From assembly GCA_022820835.1 (NCBI GenBank), contig JAJEET010000134.1, positions 45-64,044 of the forward strand: a stretch of DNA of 64,000 nucleotides, in the 5' to 3' direction. Source of the stretch: Candidatus Poribacteria bacterium (GTDB lineage: Bacteria > Poribacteria > WGA-4E > WGA-3G). A program made the position numbers and the translations under genes. Each line of letters begins with the position of its first letter. The stretch's first letter is position 1. This document shows, in pieces, positions 58,684 through 64,000 of this stretch. Below the pieces are notes generated by a model that worked only from the letters and a program-made list of their open reading frames with translations, was not told the origin of the DNA and made no database searches.

Positions 58684-59292
58684 CTATAGCGGTTTGACTT
58701 TAATGTTTTTGCACCAGATTTTTCCGCCGTGGTCTTGGATGCCGATATGTCCGTTCCGCGGAAAATCCTTGAGGGCAATGCCGAACTTATTTCGGCTGCC
58801 ATCGGGATTTCGGTGTGGTGTATCCCATTCATCGAGATCGGCGCGGACGATTTCTTCGTCATTGAGCGTCACGGCAACGATGCTACCGTCGCATGTGATG
58901 ACCATCGTATTCCACTCACCGGCAGGTTTACAAGTGTTTCGGGTCGGACCCAGAGCATCGTAAAGTGCGCCGCAGTCGTGGTTCGTCGTGGGCGTTTTGC
59001 CGTGTGTGTCTAAGATCTGGATTTCAAGTCCGGTCTGAACAGGGTTATTCAAATCTGCCCAACGGATGAAAATCCCGCTGTTGACCTTCGGTTCGGACTT
59101 GTAATCGAGTGATAGTACAAAGTTATCGTACTGTGCTTCAGTATAGAGATACTTGCCCCCTTGAACGGTGCAGAGGATACTACCATCCTCAACGACCCAT
59201 CCTTCATCTTTTCCGGTGGATCCCCAACCGTTGAGGGTTTCACCATCAAACAGGGATATCCATCCCTCAGCTTTCTCTTTTTCTGATAACAT
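58684..59292 (-). CDS. DUF1080 / 3-keto-disaccharide hydrolase family protein
   Basis: GWISLFDGETLNGW, NSGIF, EIQILD, GEWN and GHIGIQDHG motifs. Confidence 0.92.
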   Translation of the reverse strand: MLSEKEKAEGWISLFDGETLNGWGSTGKDEGWVVEDGSILCTVQGGKYLYTEAQYDNFVLSLDYKSEPKVNSGIFIRWADLNNPVQTGLEIQILDTHGKTPTTNHDCGALYDALGPTRNTCKPAGEWNTMVITCDGSIVAVTLNDEEIVRADLDEWDTPHRNPDGSRNKFGIALKDFPRNGHIGIQDHGGKIWCKNIKVKPL

Positions 59293-59309
59293 AATCTCTC
59301 CTTATCATT

Positions 59310-59531
59310 TACTAAAGTTTGGACAATTTTTACGCAATAAACATGCCGCCCCTACGGGGCTTAGCTTCGTGGGGATGCCGTTTCTATAGACATACCGCCC
59401 CTACGGGGCTGCGTATCGGTGCATCGGCATTTATTTTCTACAAGTTGCGTTTGTATCTGTAACACTCAGAAAATCCGAGAATGTGGTGGAAACAACGCCT
59501 GACTTGGATAGAAACTGTCCAAACTTTAGTA
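59310..59531. repeat. TACTAAAGTTTGGACA-bounded inverted-repeat element
   Basis: Perfect 16-bp TIR with two inner GCCCCTACGGGGC hairpins. The same left end recurs at 63326. Confidence 0.85.
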
Positions 59532-59581
59532 TTATTTAGAAGTGTGTAGGCACGGTTTCTCTCGTAGGCAGTGCCTTTTGC

Positions 59582-60691
59582 CTAACGCAAACTCTCCAAA
59601 AATAGTCTACCGACATCAAGATTATATTCAAAGTCTGTCGCTGTCCAAGGGCTGTTATATCCAATAATCGGCACATAACTTTCGTGTCGCGAGCCGTGTG
59701 AACGTACATTTGTTGGTTCCACTGCGGTTTCCAGTTCTCCGAAGACAGTCGTTTCATCTGCCAATACGAAGATGTCCCCGATCCGTTCACGATGGAGTCG
59801 AAAGGTCCGTGCAGCATCTTCTGCAGCGTATACCTCTTCAACGCCGGGTGTGTTTAACAACTGCTGAATTGCTTCTGGTATCTCGGCGAGGTTTTTGAGG
59901 AACACATAAGCGGCACCGCCCAAGTTCCCGTGGTGTGCGACGTACCGATCCTTGATAATCGGGATCGCACTGGCGCGGATGCCGCGTTCTGTAAGCACAC
60001 GTCCCGGATCAAGTGCGGTAGTCTTCGCTAACATGCCGTGATCCGCCGTGATATAGATTTCACGTTCTGGATCCTCATTGACAATATCGCCAATGATTGC
60101 ATCAAGCACAGCGAGATGTTGTTGGGAGTGTTCGGCATCCGGCGCGTATTTATGCTGAACCCAATCTGTTGTGGAACAGTAGACGAGTTCGGGGTCATCC
60201 CGACGCAACGCCTCTCGTACCGCTCGGAGCAACCACCAATTGATCTCTGCCGAATAAATCTGTTCAACCGGTCCCACCATCCGAATATATTCATCGGGTG
60301 GTGCCTCGGCTGCGACAGCGATGTCGGTCCCTGCTTCTAACATCCGCAACAATTTTTTCTTTGTTACGAACAGTGCGGTTTTGTCAGCAAATTTAGACGC
60401 TTTTGCTGATTCAAAAAGCGTCGGTGCGAGCAGAAATCGGTCATCCTCAATAAATTCCCCTTTACCCGTTGTTCTGTCTACATGGTAATTCGTCGTGATG
60501 CCGTGCGTCTCAGGAAATGTACCGGTGGCGATACTCACATTATTGACATTTGTAACGGACGGGATAACGGCATTGACATGTCGATAAAATCCGGTCTCCG
60601 CCAATTTTTGAAGGTTTGGGAGGTCACTGGCTGCCAAGTAGTCGTGGCTACCGGCATCGATGCAGAGGATGAGAATTTTTCGTCTTTTCAC
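59582..60691 (-). CDS. Phosphonoacetate hydrolase-like alkaline-phosphatase superfamily enzyme
   Basis: CIDAG, PSVTNVNNVSIATG, TDWVQH, TADHGM and RSHG motifs. Confidence 0.8.
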   Translation of the reverse strand: MKRRKILILCIDAGSHDYLAASDLPNLQKLAETGFYRHVNAVIPSVTNVNNVSIATGTFPETHGITTNYHVDRTTGKGEFIEDDRFLLAPTLFESAKASKFADKTALFVTKKKLLRMLEAGTDIAVAAEAPPDEYIRMVGPVEQIYSAEINWWLLRAVREALRRDDPELVYCSTTDWVQHKYAPDAEHSQQHLAVLDAIIGDIVNEDPEREIYITADHGMLAKTTALDPGRVLTERGIRASAIPIIKDRYVAHHGNLGGAAYVFLKNLAEIPEAIQQLLNTPGVEEVYAAEDAARTFRLHRERIGDIFVLADETTVFGELETAVEPTNVRSHGSRHESYVPIIGYNSPWTATDFEYNLDVGRLFLESLR

Positions 60692-60807
60692 GCTTTATGT
60701 TTTGCCCCACTGTCCGATACTTTAATTCAAAATATGACTGACCTACTCAGAAAATTGTAGCAGCTATCTATCCAAATTGCAAACTTTTCTACTGGAACCG
60801 TGAGTCA

Positions 60808-60848
60808 TAAAACAGACGCGCCTGCTATCAAAAGACTGCAGGCGCGTC
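60808..60848 (-). terminator. Probable intrinsic terminator of the Cys/His-rich gene
   Basis: 11-bp stem GACGCGCCTGC/GCAGGCGCGTC followed by TGTTTT on the minus strand. Confidence 0.6.
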
Positions 60849-60883
60849 GAGTAAAAAAGATTTGTTGTGTTTCTAACATCAGG

Positions 60884-62041
60884 TTACTGTGCCCAATGAC
60901 TTGAACGGGTCCCCCAGTTGCTGGTGCATGTGCCGTTATTACAGCGGTAGAACGTCACACCGCAACCGGGACGACGACACGTCGCCTCATCTGTATGACG
61001 ATACGCATACTGAGAACACGTCCAATACGGATTATTACAGTTGCCACACGACGGCACGTGGTGTTCCGTTCTTGACGTTGCACCCGAACACCCCGTGTAA
61101 CTCGCACCACCACAGGCAACTAACGATGGCGGATACGTATGGGTATGCGGCGAACACGCGTAATAACCACCCGATGTCACACACGACTGACCATTCGAAT
61201 CCGTCTCAAAACAAAACGAAACCCACGAATGATCTGTGCCATCACATTCATAACGCGCATGCAACGACGAACACGTCTCATACACCCATTCGTGATCGGA
61301 AGCGTTGATTTGACACAGATAACCTATGTGTGTATCGTCACCACACGGTGCCGTTCCCCAACTGTGATCTCCACTCACTGATGTCAAATGAACACCACAC
61401 GCATGATACGAGGGCGGCGGCGACACAGGCGACGGATTCGCAGGATCCCCACCGTCACCATTGTTACCACTGCCGCCGTTATTGCCATTGCCATCGCCTT
61501 GATCTTCATTGTCGCTCCAATCCAAGTGGGCACAGGCGGTGTGTGTTGGCAATGCGTACAGAGATCCTTCATTTAACGGATAGCCATTTATATGACAGCC
61601 TGCGACGATCGCCTCCACTTCCACAATTGCGTTTTGATTGTTAAAAGGTTGTTCGCTGCGCATCGCTTTGTGCTCAGAGGTAATTCCCTCGTAGACATCA
61701 ACGGTTTTCTCCGCATTGTCAGGATCATCTGGTACAGGATCATGCGGCGGAACACTTGTTAAAGTCCATTCCCCTTTTATGTTGGGATCTGAATTACGAA
61801 TAGCGGCATTGGATTTCCATCTAAATGTTCCGTCTACAGGACCGTGAGCAGATCCGCTCGCTGCAGCAATTAAAGGGCCATCGCTATCTGAACCTACCTT
61901 AGTCGTACTTGCTATTTCACGCTCAGTATAATCTGTTCCGAGAGTGTTGCAGGTATCCGGCCCCGGGCCTGAAGAATATACCACCACACTACAAATGAAA
62001 CCAAATACTCCGAGAAGAATAAGACTGAATCTCGTTTTCAT
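60884..62041 (-). CDS. Exported Cys/His-rich protein with tandem zinc-knuckle-like repeats
   Basis: Signal peptide, Gly/Asn/Pro linker and a C-terminal half of repeated C..(H/C)..YxC..H units. Confidence 0.75.
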   Translation of the reverse strand: MKTRFSLILLGVFGFICSVVVYSSGPGPDTCNTLGTDYTEREIASTTKVGSDSDGPLIAAASGSAHGPVDGTFRWKSNAAIRNSDPNIKGEWTLTSVPPHDPVPDDPDNAEKTVDVYEGITSEHKAMRSEQPFNNQNAIVEVEAIVAGCHINGYPLNEGSLYALPTHTACAHLDWSDNEDQGDGNGNNGGSGNNGDGGDPANPSPVSPPPSYHACGVHLTSVSGDHSWGTAPCGDDTHIGYLCQINASDHEWVYETCSSLHARYECDGTDHSWVSFCFETDSNGQSCVTSGGYYACSPHTHTYPPSLVACGGASYTGCSGATSRTEHHVPSCGNCNNPYWTCSQYAYRHTDEATCRRPGCGVTFYRCNNGTCTSNWGTRSSHWAQ

Positions 62042-62058
62042 AAGAATAGTAATCCCTT

Positions 62059-62778
62059 TTATTTGAGGTTTAAAAAGATGTAAGGGTCTATTCCTGCTTC
62101 ATCAAAGTCAAGAATCGTAACACCAGCCGGAATGTCGCCATTCTCAAGGATTTCTTCGATTCTTGCTAAGTTATCGGCAGGATGTCCCTTAAGATGCAAG
62201 AAAGATGCACCATTGCTATGCCATCTTTTGACATAGACGGTGCCCCGAATCGTAGGGTATAGCAATCCATTAGTACGACTTATACCTTCAGCGTGTATAC
62301 CCTGTTTCCACAACTTGATCCGGACCCGTGCCATTAATTCAAAAATCGGGGGATCATTCTTGTAATAATCCCAAGAGAACGGTTTTACCGGATAGTCATC
62401 AGGCACCTCTGGGTATGGACCAAATCCGTGAGGTGATACGGGTGTATCCTCAGTATTTTCTACATGAAATGTTTCGTTGGAAACTATCGGTACTTGCTGC
62501 CTTGGTGGGGCCTCTGTTTGCTGTTCTGCATGTGGTGTCTCATGCCACTCATCACCGTGCCAGTGTCCAACTTGCGAGGCATCGCCAACAGGTGCTTTCA
62601 CAGTCGGTTGCTGTTGTTGTTTCTTCGTCACCTGCTTCACGGGATCTTCGTCTGTCGCAAGTTCTTCCACACCTTGCTTTTCGACATGCAATATATACAA
62701 CGTGCCACCGACAACACATAAGATAAAGAATGCTAACGCACCTATGAATAGGCGATTGCTGAAAAGGTCTTTTAACAT
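62059..62778 (-). CDS. Membrane-anchored protein with GHWHGDEWH motif
   Basis: AAAGGAG SD before ATG 62778, N-terminal TM helix, SPHGFGPYPEVP motif. Confidence 0.78.
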   Translation of the reverse strand: MLKDLFSNRLFIGALAFFILCVVGGTLYILHVEKQGVEELATDEDPVKQVTKKQQQQPTVKAPVGDASQVGHWHGDEWHETPHAEQQTEAPPRQQVPIVSNETFHVENTEDTPVSPHGFGPYPEVPDDYPVKPFSWDYYKNDPPIFELMARVRIKLWKQGIHAEGISRTNGLLYPTIRGTVYVKRWHSNGASFLHLKGHPADNLARIEEILENGDIPAGVTILDFDEAGIDPYIFLNLK

Positions 62779-62815
62779 GTTAAATACTCCTTTGCAAAGA
62801 TTGTCCGGTGTGCCG

Positions 62816-63001
62816 CTATCTGGCCGCGTCCGGACAGGTGCGCACGATTTCACACGAGGGTTGTTTATCGGGGTGACATTCGGAACGAGGGTAACAGATC
62901 GGATCGCCCGTCACAGAGGGTGTATTTCGCGTCCAAGCGAAACACGCAAGGAAAATAAAAATGCACGAGACGGCGATGATATAGGGTTTGGCGTATTTCA
63001 A
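62816..63001 (-). CDS. Candidate small exported Cys-rich peptide
   Basis: AGGAGG SD with TTG start, hydrophobic leader and a mature part with 4 Cys. Confidence 0.45.
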   Translation of the reverse strand: MKYAKPYIIAVSCIFIFLACFAWTRNTPSVTGDPICYPRSECHPDKQPSCEIVRTCPDAAR

Positions 63002-63702
63002 GGGAGTGGGAACCTCCTATCGTTAGCGCAAACGGGTTTGCAATTACACCGATTTTACGGTACAATAGAAACCGGTACTGTCATTCTTAGGTTAAAGTGA
63101 ACAATGGCAGTGCTATCCGCGGTGTCGGTACTGGTAATACCGGCATCGCATACGGCTATACTTTGGAGCGACGTTTTTTTGGTGTCGCGTCTCTCCAAAA
63201 TCAGCGATAAGAAGTCTGCCGATTGGTATTGAAAAAAAGTTTGCTTTTTATAGCGTGTATCCATTTTTTAACGTCGGACATCTCAATTATACCTCATAAA
63301 GCGATTTTTATCAAATTAAACTGTTTACTAAAGTTTGGACAATTTTGAGAAATTAAAGTTTTGCTACGCAATCGGAAGCAAGAACTATAAAAGTTGGATG
63401 TGCACTTAAATCTAAATTTTCAGCCAACGCTCTTATAAGACCATTTTTTTTCGCGCTTTTCGTGCATAAAATGAAAAAAATGTCATAAAACACCCAAAAA
63501 TTACCACCGAAAAATGGGAAATGCTAAATTTTATGGGACTTACGCAATCAGACAATAACAGTAGTTTGGACAATTTGTCCCACATTTCGGTTACATTTGC
63601 TAAGGGACAAGCGATTTTTCCACGAGTTTTAGACCGCACAGAACTTTCCGAAAAATAGCGATGGTTCTGGGAGCTAGGCACAGACTAACAGTCTATGCAA
63701 AC

Positions 63703-63856
63703 TAACGTGAGTTTGATAAAAGTAGGATGTTGGGTTTCGCTACCGCTATTTAAGCAGAAAGTGCTTTGAAAAACGGCATATTTGTCCAAATTATGAGGTT
63801 TTAAGTGTGTATTTACCGCTCAACCCAACCTACAGATTTATTTTCAAGTTCACGTC
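63703..63856. repeat. AACGTGAGTTTGATAA-bounded element with GTTGGGTT/AACCCAACCTAC cargo
   Basis: Imperfect TIR (12/15). The inner REP arms match the hairpin at 5232..5262. Confidence 0.65.
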
Positions 63857-63938
63857 AAACTATAGTAAAGTTAACTCCGTTCTATGGTTTAAAGACACAG
63901 TTTTCAAGCAAAAGGGTGCATCGGGGACAAAAAAGTTC

Positions 63939-64000
63939 AGGATTTACGCAATTTTGACTGTAACCCGTTCTGTTAGATGAGATTTCTCCGAAAACACGGC
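63939..64000. repeat. AGGATTTACGCA element truncated by the window end
   Basis: Identical to the start of the element at 51783. Confidence 0.9.

Noticed and set aside
63055-63681. Short ORFs 63055..63264 and 63433..63681
   Set aside because: They have no SD or recognisable motifs, and the second runs through repeat elements.
1-64000. Selenoprotein genes (UGA read-through) near selB/selC
   Set aside because: The TGA-ending ORFs I checked (33, 815, 6421, 25540, 36339, 49806) either already look complete or hit another stop soon after. No SECIS-like context was seen, but this was a manual check only.

Overview
A 64-kb chromosomal window from a bacterium of moderate GC content. The gene repertoire (paired WD40 proteins, PhyH dioxygenase, several Gfo/Idh/MocA oxidoreductases, DUF1080, a GHWHGDEWH-motif membrane protein) suggests Candidatus Poribacteria or a similar sponge-associated lineage; this is an inference. 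Housekeeping content: purC, a dapL-like aminotransferase with two tandem dapB copies, lipA, tRNA-Sec (selC) with selB, two tandem lepB copies, lepA, a cyclophilin, a KamA-family radical SAM enzyme, a potD-like gene and an FtsX/LolD-type ABC pair. Accessory or unusual content: (i) a HEPN-like protein with an antitoxin-like C-terminal tail, translationally coupled to a PIN/VapC toxin; (ii) a PspA/ESCRT-III-like gene followed by a classical-clade AAA+ ATPase that probably starts at ATA; (iii) a three-gene exported Cys/His-rich cluster; (iv) a TnpA-less IS200/IS605 element with an intact TnpB and definable ends; (v) a dense set of small intergenic repeats, with at least five terminal-inverted-repeat 'shells' wrapping GTAG-REP-like hairpins; (vi) several tandem gene duplications. 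No CRISPR array, rRNA or selenoprotein gene was found. All product calls come from motif recognition by eye, not from database searches.
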